Shown here: one piece after another, positions 25,251-36,642 of the stretch
Layout of the letters: every line of letters begins with the position of its first letter
How positions within the stretch are numbered: the stretch's first letter is position 1
DNA from: Octopus sinensis
Lineage: Eukaryota
Length of the DNA: 64,000 bases
Assembly: GCF_006345805.1 (NCBI RefSeq)
Contig: NC_043007.1
Location: 52,576,001 to 52,640,000, forward strand
Direction of reading: 5' to 3'
Notes under the pieces: generated by a model
Database searches by the model: none
What the model saw: only the letters and a program-made list of their open reading frames with translations
Told to the model about the DNA's origin: nothing
Translations under genes and position numbers: made by a program

Positions 25251-26184
25251 GGGTGACAGCTGTGCAGGCATTAGGGGAGGCCATCCCGTGTCTGTTAACT
25301 GTGGTGGTCTTGCATAGTGGTGGGCAAGGTTTCTTCTCTGTGCTTGGTGTAGCCAGGTTAGCTGCCGGACAATTCTTTCCGCCATGCATAAAAAAGACAC
25401 TTGCTCAGCTGCTGCGTTGCGCAGAACATCTGAGGAACGCACTTTGTTTCTGAAAGTTTTCCTGGGAGACATTTCTTGTGTTCCCTCGGTAAAGTTTTTC
25501 TCTTTGAGTCCCCTGAAGTTCTGTCGGGTGGGCGAACCGGCAGTTTTTGCCGTCCTCACCATGCCAACATTTGCCCCGCAGGTAGAACTTACAGGTTCTT
25601 CGGTGCCTTCCAGATTTCTTCTTTCCTGAAGTGTACTGGGTGGCATTGGATCCTCCATGGGGTTCTCTGCTGTTTGTGTGGTGGTTTGGGGTTTCAGCTT
25701 TGGTTGTTTTGCCTTTTCCTCCTTTTCCCTCTTTATTTTTGTTTTCGGTCCTTCCTTTTTTCTTCTGTTTTTCTAATTTTTCATTTCTTCGTAGGACCAC
25801 TGGTACAGGGGGGCTTCCGGTTTCTGCTCCCTTGGCTCCCCTATTCTTCACTACTTGGTCGTTCACCAGGGTAGGTGATCCATTTTCCTGAGGAACCCCT
25901 GGATCACAGAGACTTCCGGCTTCCTTCTCTTTTTCGTCCTCTTCATCCTCATCAGCTTTGCCACAATAATTTTCAATTATGTTGTCCATTGTTTTGATGT
26001 GTGGTCTTATAATCATGTAAGACCGGATAAACACATTTTTCTTCCGCTCTATCTGGTCAATGGTTCTATGAAAACCATTGTTTTTTAGCGTGGCAATGAT
26101 GATGTTGTTCGGCGGATCGCCACTAGCAATCGTGCATGCTCTCAGCAGAAGATTTAACTATTTCTTTTCCCACTTTGGTGCCAT
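25203..26184 (-). pseudogene. Disrupted ORF1 (Myb/SANT-like plus CCCH finger)
   Basis: MAPKWEKK*LNLLLRA...NNIIIATLKNNGFHRTIDQIERKKNVFIRSY...CKFYLRGKCWHGEDGKNCRFAHP, homologous to 29483-30370; one stop and a frameshift. Confidence 0.8.
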
Positions 26185-26689
26185 CTTCGTTTTGAGGTCC
26201 AGAGGGGGAGTAGAGGCTAGAGAGGTAGTGAGGGATAGAGAGAGGTAGAGATGGAGAAACACAGAGGGAGGAAATAGGGAAAGAGAGAGGGAGATAGGAA
26301 GGAAAGAGAGAGGTGCTATGAAAGAAATCGAGAGGGTGATAGAAGGAAAGCAAGGGAGTGTGGTGTGTTAAAAAGATAGAGGAAGGTAGGGGAGGGGGAG
26401 AGGAAGGGAATAGAAGGAGAGACAGAGTGAAGGAGATGAGGGGAAGAGAAAGAGAAACAGAGGGGAGGAGAGGATAGCAAGAGAAAGAGAGACAGAGTGA
26501 AGGAGAGACAGGACGAAGGATGTGAGAGAGAGGGAGAGACGGAGTGAGAAGAATGGGCGGATGAGAAGTATATGAGAGAGAGGGTGAGGTGACGAGAGGA
26601 GAGGTAGATGTAAGATGGAAAGGAAAGAGAAATGAGAGAAGAGGAGGATATGAAAGGGAGGAGGGGAGATGAGAAAAAGAGTAAGATAT

Positions 26690-27070
26690 GTAACTGAGAT
26701 GTAAGCTTAAAAATTTAATAAACAAACAATCGTAACTGAGATGTTAGCTTAAAAAATTAATAAACAAACAATCGTAACTAAGATGTTAGCCTAAAAAATT
26801 AATAAACAAACAATCGTATCTGAGATGTTAGCTTAAAAAATTAATAAACAAACAATTGTAACTGAGATGTTAGCCTAAAAAATTAATAAACAAACAATCA
26901 TAACTGATATGTTAGCTTAAAAAATTAATAAACAAACAATTGTAACTGAGATGTTAGCCTAAAAAATTAATAAACAAACAATCGTAACTGAGATGTTAGC
27001 TTTAAAAATTTAATAAACAAACAATCGTATCTGAGATGTTAGCTTAAAAATTAATAAACAAACAATCGTA
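26690..27070. repeat. 42-bp minisatellite, ~9 copies, in the LINE 5' UTR
   Basis: Unit gtaactgagatgttagcttaaaaaattaataaacaaacaatc; period 42 measured at 26690, 26732 and 26774. Confidence 0.95.
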
Positions 27071-27428
27071 AACAGACAATTGCATGCGATACTTATCTTG
27101 AAAGGTACAGTCCAAACCCTCGTGCTTGTACAAAGAAATTTTCTTTCACAACAGAAAGACTTGCCACCATGTGCTTTTCGGCGAAGATTCTAGCATGCGT
27201 AACTAAATTTACTGTATTATATTTGGCTTCAAGCGAAATATATTACGTTTATAATTAATATATTTTCAATTAATGTATTTTAGTAGACTTTATGAGTTAA
27301 CAAGTTCTACTTTTTGTTACTGTTAGTAGAATATTTCGTCGATTTATGCAAACCTTTCTGTTTTTTCACAAAGCAAAAGCAAACACGTCTTTCCTCTCCG
27401 AAAACCGGAAGTAATATCTATCTATCTA

Positions 27429-27505
<77 letters not shown>

Positions 27506-27535
27506 GATAGATTAGATAGATAGATAGATAATACA

Positions 27536-27571
<36 letters not shown>

Positions 27572-27584
27572 TTATATATATATA

Positions 27585-27800
27585 CTTTAAGGCAGCAGAA
27601 AATTCAACAAAACCTGTTACTCTGAGTTTCCCGTTGCCGTTCATCGGACAGTTTTTGCTAGAATGGAACCGATATGTCAATTCTATCCAGACTCTTACAA
27701 ACGCTACACCTTTAAAAAAATGGACTTGTTTGATTGGCCCTTTAGAAATAACGGTCAATCTTCGAGCGATAAACAAAAATGAGCTCAAAAATATATATAT
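27585..27800 (-). mobile_element. Left part of a hammerhead-bearing PLE-type repeat split by the plus-strand LINE (continues at 33408-33930)
   Basis: Joined to 33408+, it reproduces the uninterrupted inverted copy at 52400-52950. Hammerhead at 27614-27651 has core CCGATGA (U4C). Confidence 0.8.
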
Positions 27801-28174
27801 GACTTCCGGCTTCGTAGAGTAAACACGTGTTGCTTTGCTCTGTGATAAAAAAAACAAGAAGGTTTGCATAAATCGACGAAGTAATTGGCGAAAACTCACA
27901 AAAATCGTAGAAATTGTTACCTTAGAGACGTGTACTTGGATATTTTGTTTAAAAACCGCAATATATTTTGCTACAAGTCAAGTATTGTTCACTTAAGTTA
28001 GCAACGCACACAAGATTTCTTCCTGTCGAAAAAAGCACATGGTGGAATCTTCTAAATTTATTTCCAGTGGACCCTTACAGTAAAAAAAAAAAAAAAAAAA
28101 AAAACCTCTTTGTATACCTTTTATAAGATAAGTACTCCTTTTCATTAATTCATTTACCCGAAATTACAATTCTG

Positions 28175-28992
28175 TAATAACCTATCGTTAATTCTTGTTT
28201 ATATTTCCTTAATAACCTATCGTTAATTCTTGCTTATATTTCCGTAATAACCTATCGTTAATTCTTGTTTATATTTCCGTAATAACCTATCGTTAATTCT
28301 TGTTTATATTTCCGTAATAACCTATCGTTAATTCTTGTTTATATTTCCGTAATAACCTATCGTTAATTCTTGTTTATATTTCCTTAATAACCTATCGTTA
28401 ATTCTTGTTTATATTTCCGTAATAACCTATCGTTAATTCTTGTTTATATTTCCGTAATAACCTATCGTTAATTCTTGTTTATATTTCCGTAATAACCTAT
28501 CGTTAATTCTTGTTTATATTTCCGTAATAACCTATCGTTAATTCTTGTTTATATTTCCTTAATAACCTATCGTTAATTCTTGTTTATATTTCCGTAATAA
28601 CCTATCGTTAATTCTTGCTTATATTTCCGTAATAACCTATCGTTAATTCTTGTTTATATTTCCTTAATAACCTATCGTTAATTCTTGTTTATATTTCCGT
28701 AATAACCTATCGTTAATTCTTGCTTATATTTCCGTAATAACCTATCGTTAATTCTTGTTTATATTTCCGTAATAACCTATCGTTAATTCTTGTTTATATT
28801 TCCGTAATAACCTATCGTTAATTCTTGTTTATATTTCCGTAATAACCTATCGTTAATTCTTGCTTATATTTCCGTAATAACCTATCGTTAATTCTTGTTT
28901 ATATTTCCTTAATAACCTATCGTTAATTCTTGTTTATATTTCCTTAATAACCTATCGTTAATTCTTGTTTATATTTCCGTAATAACCTACCG
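28175..28992. repeat. 35-bp minisatellite, ~23 copies, in the LINE 5' UTR
   Basis: Unit taataacctatcgttaattcttgtttatatttccg; contiguous, with only recurrent t/c and g/t variants and no spacers. Confidence 0.97.
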
Positions 28993-29441
28993 TTATATCC
29001 GTTATACCTATTTTTTATATATTATTTGTTACTCTGTTTATATATGTGTATGCGCACATGTGTGTATATATTTGTGTTTTATTTAGCTGTTTGTGTGTGT
29101 GCAATTAGTTTCGTTTAGAAATCTTCTGCGGACAGATATATATATTCTTTCTCTATTTCTTCCTTCTCTCTCTGTCTCCTCAGTTCTCTCCCTCACGCTT
29201 CTCCTTGTCTCTTCATTACTCTCTTCTTTTCTTACTCTTCTCTTTCAACTCTTAATCTCTCAGTCTCTCCTCTTCCTCTTCTCTCTTACTCTCTTCTTTC
29301 GGCTCCCAATCTCTCCTCTTCCTCTTCTCTCTTACTCTCTTCTTTCGGCTCCCAATCTCTCCTTAAGTACATAGACGCTCTCTTTCTCTATTTCTTCCCT
29401 ACCCCCTATTGCACTAATAGATTAATATAAATTAATATAAT

Positions 29442-29472
<31 letters not shown>

Positions 29473-29482
29473 AATATCAAGA

Positions 29483-30370
29483 ATGTCCAGAACCTGGAAA
29501 AGTGACGAACTGGCGTTGTTCCTAAGAGGATGGCAATGCGCTGACGGAGAAAATCCAAATAACATAATTACGGCTGCGCTGAAGAGCAGCGGATACAAAA
29601 GGACGTCAGCTCAAATAGAGCGGAAGAAGCAAGAATTTGTACGCTCCTACGCACTTGTCAGATCGCACATTAACACGCTGGATGCCATCTTTGACAGCGA
29701 AAAACGCGAACAAAGTAAAGATGACAAGGATGGAGACGCGGGCGCTGATGAAAAAGGTCACCCCCACCTGGTAGACGCCCAGGAAGAAAACTCCAGTGAA
29801 AAACCTGCCCGGGAGGTAAACCCAAATGCGGGTGCTCCTACCAGCACCAAAAGCCATGGACATGGAGATGAAAGAACCAAAAAAGGAGGAAAAACTAAAA
29901 CTAAAACAAAACCAAAAAACGAAACAGCCAAGGATAGAAGCAAACCAAACTATCCATATGCCAAAAAGGATGGAAACAAGCAGCGCACACGGGTATGTAG
30001 GTTCTACCTGAGAGGTGCCTGCCGGCATGGAGAGGAAGGTGCTGGCTGCCGTTTTGCACATCCGGGACCCTGCTGCAGAAACCAACCACCGAAAAGAAAA
30101 GGGATGGACCACGCACCACCTGCCCCAAAATGGAGGTACGCAGATGTGGTGCGTACCACAAACCGCCAATATGATGTTGTTGAAAGGGCAGCTGCTGAGC
30201 AAGAATCTTTTTTGTGCATGGCACAAAAGATTGTACAGCAGCTGACCTGGCTTCATCAAACCCAAGCTCGCAGGTGGGACTACCCACAATATACAAGACC
30301 ACCACAGCAAACAGACCCAAGATGGACACCGCCGGGAACAACATACACCTCACCTCGATGCTCCTACTGA
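29483..30370 (+). CDS. LINE ORF1 (295 aa): Myb/SANT-like N-terminus, charged linker, CCCH zinc finger
   Basis: Intact ORF. WKSDELALFL...IITAALKSSGYKRTSAQIERKKQEFVRSY fits the Myb/SANT-like (trihelix) pattern. CRFYLRGACRHGEEGAGCRFAH is C-x7-C-x8-C-x3-H. Confidence 0.8.
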   Translation: MSRTWKSDELALFLRGWQCADGENPNNIITAALKSSGYKRTSAQIERKKQEFVRSYALVRSHINTLDAIFDSEKREQSKDDKDGDAGADEKGHPHLVDAQEENSSEKPAREVNPNAGAPTSTKSHGHGDERTKKGGKTKTKTKPKNETAKDRSKPNYPYAKKDGNKQRTRVCRFYLRGACRHGEEGAGCRFAHPGPCCRNQPPKRKGMDHAPPAPKWRYADVVRTTNRQYDVVERAAAEQESFLCMAQKIVQQLTWLHQTQARRWDYPQYTRPPQQTDPRWTPPGTTYTSPRCSY

Positions 30371-33315
30371 ACATCAGAGGACTGCAAACACTCAGTAACA
30401 GGACAAAAATCCCGTTCTTGAGAGACTTTGTCGCATGCAATCAAGCCTTATGCATAGCACTTACGGAAACGCACCTGAAACTGGACATAGCAGATGCGGA
30501 GTTACACATACCACAGTATGTTGTACTACGGACCGACAGAAAAGAAAGGAGTCATGGAGGAGTTGCTATGTACATCCGTGAGGACCTCACACCCCAGGTC
30601 CTTTTGTCATACTCAAACTCGGTGTGTGACACACTAATTGTACATATAAGGCAACTTGATGTAGTTATGTGTGCTACATATCGCCCTCCAGATGCCCCAA
30701 GCCATGTAGGCAAGTTTGAAGACTGCCTTATAAAAATAGAAGTTCTAATCACATTAGAACAACACATAAGTGTACTTCTTATGGGAGACTTCAATCTACC
30801 CAATGTCAGATGGCCCGAGGGCCTTTCTCTCCCAGGAATGACAAGATGTGAATGAGGACAGGCGAGGTCCCTCCTGAACCTCATCAACACCCTGTACATG
30901 GAGCAAGTAATACTCCAACCAACCAAGGCAGGTAACACACTGGATCTCTGCTTCACAAATAATATGGATCTCATCCATAATGTGAAAGTGACACTGACAC
31001 TACTCTCGGATCACAACATGGTAGAGTTGACCATGTACGGGCCAAAAGAGAGCACGGACATGCAGCCTACAAGAAACCCTCAGAATCTTTCCAGCTTGAA
31101 CTACCATAAGGCAAACTGGAAACAAATTGAGAAAGAGATCCTCAAACAAAACTGGCCTAAATGTCTCTCCTCACCAGACATCGACGTGAAACTTCAACAA
31201 TTCATGTCTGTAACGCAAGCCATATGCTACAAATGTGTCCCAGAGAGAAAGGCCACTGTACACAAGAACAAAATCCCCAGAGAGAGGAAAATTTTAATGA
31301 GACGGCGTACAAAAATTTCAAATCACCTAAACAAACAGATTGAAAGCAGTAAAAAGTCCCACCTGAAAATAAAACTGTTGGAAATTGAAAAATGTCTGCA
31401 ACTCTCCCATGAAAAGGAAAGAGCAGACAAAGAAGCCTGGGCTATAGAAAACATAAAATCTAACCCCAGAGCTTTCTACAGGTATGCCAAAGAAACAGCT
31501 ATGGTGCACTGTAGGATAGGGCCACTCCTTGAAAAGGATGGCACACTCACAGGAAAACCAATGAGGGTAAGTGAAATACTGAATGAGCAATTGAAGAGTG
31601 TTTTCACTCCACCCCTCGGGCATTTCCAAATCACCAATCCAACTGACTTCTTTACCACTGCAGATATAAGATCAGAGGCGGCGACGATAAATTACATCGA
31701 TATAAAGGAAGACGATGTAATAAAGGCTATAGATGAAATGAAAACAGACTCAGCTATTGGCCCCGATGGATTCCCGGCAATCCTCCTAAAAGTATGTAAG
31801 AGAGTCCTAGCAAGACCACTGCAGATCCTCTTTCAGAGCTTCCTTGCAGCTGGCAAACTTCCAAAAAAACTGAAGGAAGGTAAAATATGCCCTATTCATA
31901 AAGGAGGTAGCAGAGCAGAGGCCAAGAACTACAGACCTATCTCTCTCACCTCACACATCAGCAAGGTCATGGAACGAATAGTCAGAAGGAAACTAATCAC
32001 CTTCCTTGAAGAAAATGACTTGATGCCTGACACCCAACATGGTTTCCGACCAGGAAGAAGCTGCTTAACTCAGCTCCTACAACACTATGACTGGGTGCTG
32101 AAACAACTGCTCAACCACTCAAATGTGGAAGTCATATATCTCGACTTTGCAAAGGCCTTTGATAAAGTCGATCATGGAATGATATGTCACAAACTGCGTG
32201 ATCTTGGCATAGTTGGAAAATTGGGAGAATGGCTTCATGACTTTCTGAAGAATAGAAGTCAGGTGGTAGCAGCCAATGGGGCCACTTCCATCAACACGCA
32301 AATAGTGAGCAGTGTTCCGCAGGGCACTGTTTTGGGACCACTACTGTTCATAATGGCCCTCTCAGACATGCCCTCAGCCACGCAGAGAGCCACGATCACA
32401 AGTTATGCAGATGATACAAAAGTTTCACAGGCAATACAGAACCCTGAAGACACTAAGCACCTGCAATGTGAGCTGGACGAAATATACAAGTGGGCTGAAA
32501 AGAATAGCATGCAGTTCAATGCTGAAAAGTTTCAAGCTTTATACTATCAGCATGCAAAACTGAATGCAATACCCAATGAATACACTGGACCCGGAGGGAT
32601 TGCAATCCCAGAGCAACAATCAGTGCATGACCTGGGTATTCACATGAGTGATGATGCGACCTTTCATGTACATGTTGCTAAACTGGCAATGAAATGTAGA
32701 CGGCTGGCTGGATGGATTCTTAGAACCTTTAGAACAAGAGAACAAGAAACCATGATGGTCCTCTGGAAGACACTTGTCCTAAGCCACTTTGACTATTGCT
32801 CTCAGCTATGGTCACCATCCAGTGTCAAGTTGATCACAGAACTTGAGGCGATCCAACGAAGCTACACGAAGAAGATAGCCTCTGTGCAGCATATGAGCTA
32901 CTGGGAGAGACTCAAGAGATTAAAGCTCTATTCCCTGGAGCGTAGGCGAGAAAGATATGCCATAATATATATCTGGAAGATCCTGGAAGGTCTTGTCCCA
33001 GACTTTGGCATCGAGAGTCACACAAATGCCAGAACCGGACGCCACTGCGTAGTACCAAGGACTCCAAATTTGCCATCAAGATGTAGGACAAGATATTGTG
33101 ATAGCCTGGGCTTCAGAGGCCCACGGCTCTTCAATATCCTCCCGAAGAACCTGAGGGACCTGCATGGTGTAGATGCGGATGTCTTTAAAGTAGGACTGGA
33201 TCTCTTCCTGTCAGGTGTCCCGGATGAACCAACTTCACGGCAGGAGGTGCAGATGAGGGCAGCTGCATCAAACTCTCTCATGCATCAGATGGCGTTTGCT
33301 AAAAAGCATCCGTGA
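30322..33315 (+). CDS. LINE ORF2 (APE endonuclease plus RT), one in-frame TGA at 30853-30855
   Basis: LLLNIRGL, LTETHL, MGDFNLP, SDHN; YRPISLTS, LDFAKAFDKV, PQGTVLGPLLF, YADD. Track ORFs 30214-30855 and 30898-33315 are in the same frame. Confidence 0.93.
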
Positions 33316-33929
33316 GGTAAAATCGTGTAGCAAACCAAATGGCGGTGCCCCAGCATGGCCACAGCTCATTAGCTGAAACTGGAAAAATCAAAATCAAAAT
33401 CAAAATCATATGTATATATATAAAAATTATAAAATTCGAGGAAAAACCTTACATTGAATAAAATACATATTGACCTTAATGAAGGAAATATAATTAATAC
33501 ATGGAAATTAAAATGCATTAAAAATATTACACTGCAATACATATTCATATTAGAGTATACATATATATATCAACATACACAGAAAGATGCGTGCAAACCC
33601 CATACATATACAGACGTATAATATAAAGCTAAAATATACACACAAATGCATATATACATATGTATACGCAATCTAGCTCGCATGCAAGCTAAAATCATGG
33701 ATGTTAACGTAGCGTTCTTATTTACGAAGCAAAGCTTATGACATGAGTAAGTGAGGGGGGACATAAAGTTGCATGTCTCTATACAAGTATCGTATAGTTA
33801 GAGAAAAAAACGAAAGAAAGGAAGAGAGAGAAAAAAGAACGAAGAAGGGGGAAGGAAAAAAAGAAAAAGGAGGGGTGGGGGAAAAACGAAATAAGAAAAA
33901 AGAAAAAAAAGAAAAAAATGTAAATAAAT

Positions 33930-35050
33930 AAATGGAGTTTAACACAGTTATAATTCAAATACTTTTACTTCCGACACATGTTTTGGAGATTTCACTGATA
34001 TTATTCCAAAGGAATAAAATGGTGTACAACAATGTAATCTCTTCAGGGAAGTGAAGAAATGAAACTCGTCAATAAGACATTTTAACAGAAAATGATGGAT
34101 ATGTATAGTTATTTACTGAGCGCTATTAATATTGTTTGAAAAAGCGTTATATGATATAACGTCAGAAGTGGCCTATAAAAGAGGAGTGATATTTGTTTTA
34201 GTGAATGTTAAATATAAAAAGAAAATTAATGTCTAATTTATATATAATGATAGAGATTACTTATATGAACTAAAGGTGTGTTTTTGCCAATGTTTACATC
34301 GGTATGCATGCTCTATAACCGTGTTTACTAGGGTACTTTTAGAAAAAATAATGAAAAATAGTTCAGAATTACAGAGAAGACAGAATTCCTTGCTTATGTC
34401 ATAAGGTATCAAGATTGAGAGAATCAACCATTCTAAATTTAATTGTTCGTTATGGTCTTTTAGATCCCAAATTAATTTACTGAGCCCTATACTGTTATGT
34501 TTATTCCTATCTCTAAATGTTGAGTAATGGATAGAAATTCGTTTAGATAACTGTTACGATGTGCTTCCAATGTAAAATCTTACTTTATTATGGGTACTTA
34601 TTTTACACTGGTATATAGAATTTTTTAATTTTTGAGTTACTTGACATAAAACTTAATTCTGTTGGAATTGACTTCAGATACAATAACCTTGTTATCAATA
34701 TTTCTAGAGGGATGGATGTTACTAGCTAAATTAATGTTAGTATTAGTAAATGTATTAATATTTAACAGGTTGTTATTATGTGAAGAGATAATTTGTAAGA
34801 GTTTTTTGTGTTGGAAAAACCAATCCTAACCATATTTAACAAGTTATTTAAATCTAAAAATAGTCCTCCACCTAACACAAGCAGAAGTAGTTGTTCCTGC
34901 TGTCCATAGGAATGTATATAAAGGACAAAAGACAGCCAGTCAACTACAGTCGAAACATTCCTGTCACAAACTGGGACCTTGAAGACTGCTTAAATGCAAG
35001 CAGATATACTAATCCCTTAATATTCGATATTCAATATTTCATCTATTCAA
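33930..35050 (-). mobile_element. Decayed Penelope element (GIY-YIG region plus tail) with degenerate hammerhead at 33968-34051
   Basis: Colinear homology with 61955-63200. Minus strand: cttcc CTGAAGA gatt...aatc tcCAAAA catgt GTC ggaag, with G12 lost. Confidence 0.7.
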
Positions 35051-35179
35051 TAAGACAATCAATACTTCATTCCATTTTACTATATATACTATATATTCTA
35101 TATTATACATTAGTATCATAAAGAATATAAGTAAAACATAAAAAACAGAGTTTGAATTCAAACCCCTTTATATATATAT

Positions 35180-35525
35180 ATAAAGGTAAAGACCCCCTTC
35201 GGTCATGAGTGACCATGGGTTTGCACCTAGAGAGTTACCCTCTGAGGCACAAGTCTGGGCAAGGTTGTTTTTTTATGGAAGGCCAGTAGTCGCCCATGCA
35301 TACCGGCCTCCCCTCTCCACGCCACCAGTGTTATCCAAGGGAAAGACAAAGGTCGATACAGCTTGGCACCTGTGACGTCGCAACTCATTTCTACAGCTGA
35401 GTGAACTGGAGCAACGTGAAATAAAGTGTCTTGCTCAAGAACACAACACGCAGCCCGGTCCGGTATTCGAGCTCACAACCTCACGATCGTAAGCTCGACG
35501 CTCTAACCACTGAGCCATGCGCCTT
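35180..35525 (-). mobile_element. tRNA-derived CORE-type SINE (third family)
   Basis: Head aggcgcatggctcagtggttagagcg, core tgtgttcttgagcaagacactttatttcacgttgctccag, tail ...tctttaccttta. Confidence 0.85.
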
Positions 35526-35619
35526 CACATATATATATATATACACACATGTATGTATATATATAAATGTATATATATATAAATGTATATACATATATAT
35601 GCATGTATACATATATATA

Positions 35620-36642
35620 TCAGGTCATCCATAAGTTCTGTCCATATTCTGAATAAAGAAAACAAGTGATCAAATGTTATATTTAATTGAAATTTAATCA
35701 TCAATGTACTTTCCCTGATTATCTATGACTTCCTTCCATCTATTTACAAGCTCTTTAATCCCATCAATGTAAAACTCTTTTGGTTTCAAAGCAAAAACTC
35801 TGAAATGTCAGTTTTGACCTCCTCCTGGCTTGCGAAAGTTATGTCCCCCAAATGATTCTGTAAACTACAAAACAAATGGTAGTCTAAAGGAGCAAGGTCG
35901 AGAGAATAAGGCGGAGGAGGAATTTTTTCCCAACCAAGCTTTTCGATCTTCTGTGATGTGATTTTTGCAGTGTGGAGGTCACACACTGCCCTGATGAAAC
36001 ATCACTCTTATTTTTCATCACCAGTCACAAGTCTATCCAAAAAGGGAGAAATGAGTTCGCAAGAATGGAGAGAAGAGCAGATACCAGCTCAAAATTTGCA
36101 GTTGCTTTCAGACAATTCATGAGGCATCCATTTTCCAAGTTTAGGAACCTTTCCAAGTTGTTGAAAATGACGATGAACAGTTGTATGGTTTGAACTAAGC
36201 TTCATTAGCAATTCTTCAACTGATAATGAAGGATTTTCTTCAAGTAATGCCTCAAGGAGCTTATCATCAAACTCAACTGGACATCCTGTTCAATCTTCAT
36301 CTTCAAGGCTGAAATCTCCACTTCTGAATTTTGCAAACCATCTTCTGCAAGTTCTTTCATTCAAGCATTCTTTCCCATAAACTGACTGTATGTTTCGAGT
36401 CACTGCAGCTGCAGAGTTTATTTTTTTGTACTCATAATGCTCTTTGGATACTTACATTTTAGACAGGGTTTTAATCAAAGAAATTTTAATTCTATTATTC
36501 TGTAAAATAATATTTAATTAGTTTAAAAGTACACAAATGCATAAAAATAATTTTTAATTCCATTAGACATTCTAAAATGCTATTAAATTTCATTCAATTT
36601 AAAAAGAAGGTAAAATCAGACAGATCTTATGGCATGATCTGA
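35620..36642 (-). mobile_element. Mariner DNA transposon, internally deleted and decayed
   Basis: Imperfect TIRs tcaggtcatccataagttctgtc / gacagatcttatggcatgatctga flanked by TA. Transposase remnants RRWFAKFRSGDFSLED, GKWMPHEL, LVTGDEK and YSLDLAPLDYHLF. Confidence 0.92.

Larger units (their letters stand above)
22747..27414 (-). mobile_element. CR1-group LINE with both termini but an internal deletion (minus-strand copy)
   Basis: 5' end acttccgg at 27412-27405, 42-bp minisatellite, pyrimidine tract, ORF1, APE, RT (QHGFRPGRSC, LDFAKAFDKV, VPQGTVLGPLLF, YADDT), and tail ggcggtgcatcagcatggtcgcagctctcagctgaaac. Confidence 0.9.
27801..33407 (+). mobile_element. Full-length CR1-group LINE (~5.6 kb)
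   Basis: 5' gacttccgg, 35-bp minisatellite, pyrimidine tract, intact ORF1, ORF2 with one stop, 3' UTR hairpin and (AAAATC)n tail. Inserted in a TA run; the empty site is visible at 52730-52770. Confidence 0.93.

Noticed and set aside
28175-28992. 35-bp repeat resembling a CRISPR array in unit length
   Set aside because: Units are contiguous with no unique spacers, there are no cas genes, and the context is a eukaryotic LINE 5' UTR.
26123-29374. 200-aa (26123-26725) and 93-aa (29093-29374) Ser/Leu/Pro-rich ORFs
   Set aside because: Translations of the pyrimidine-rich tracts in the LINE 5' UTRs.
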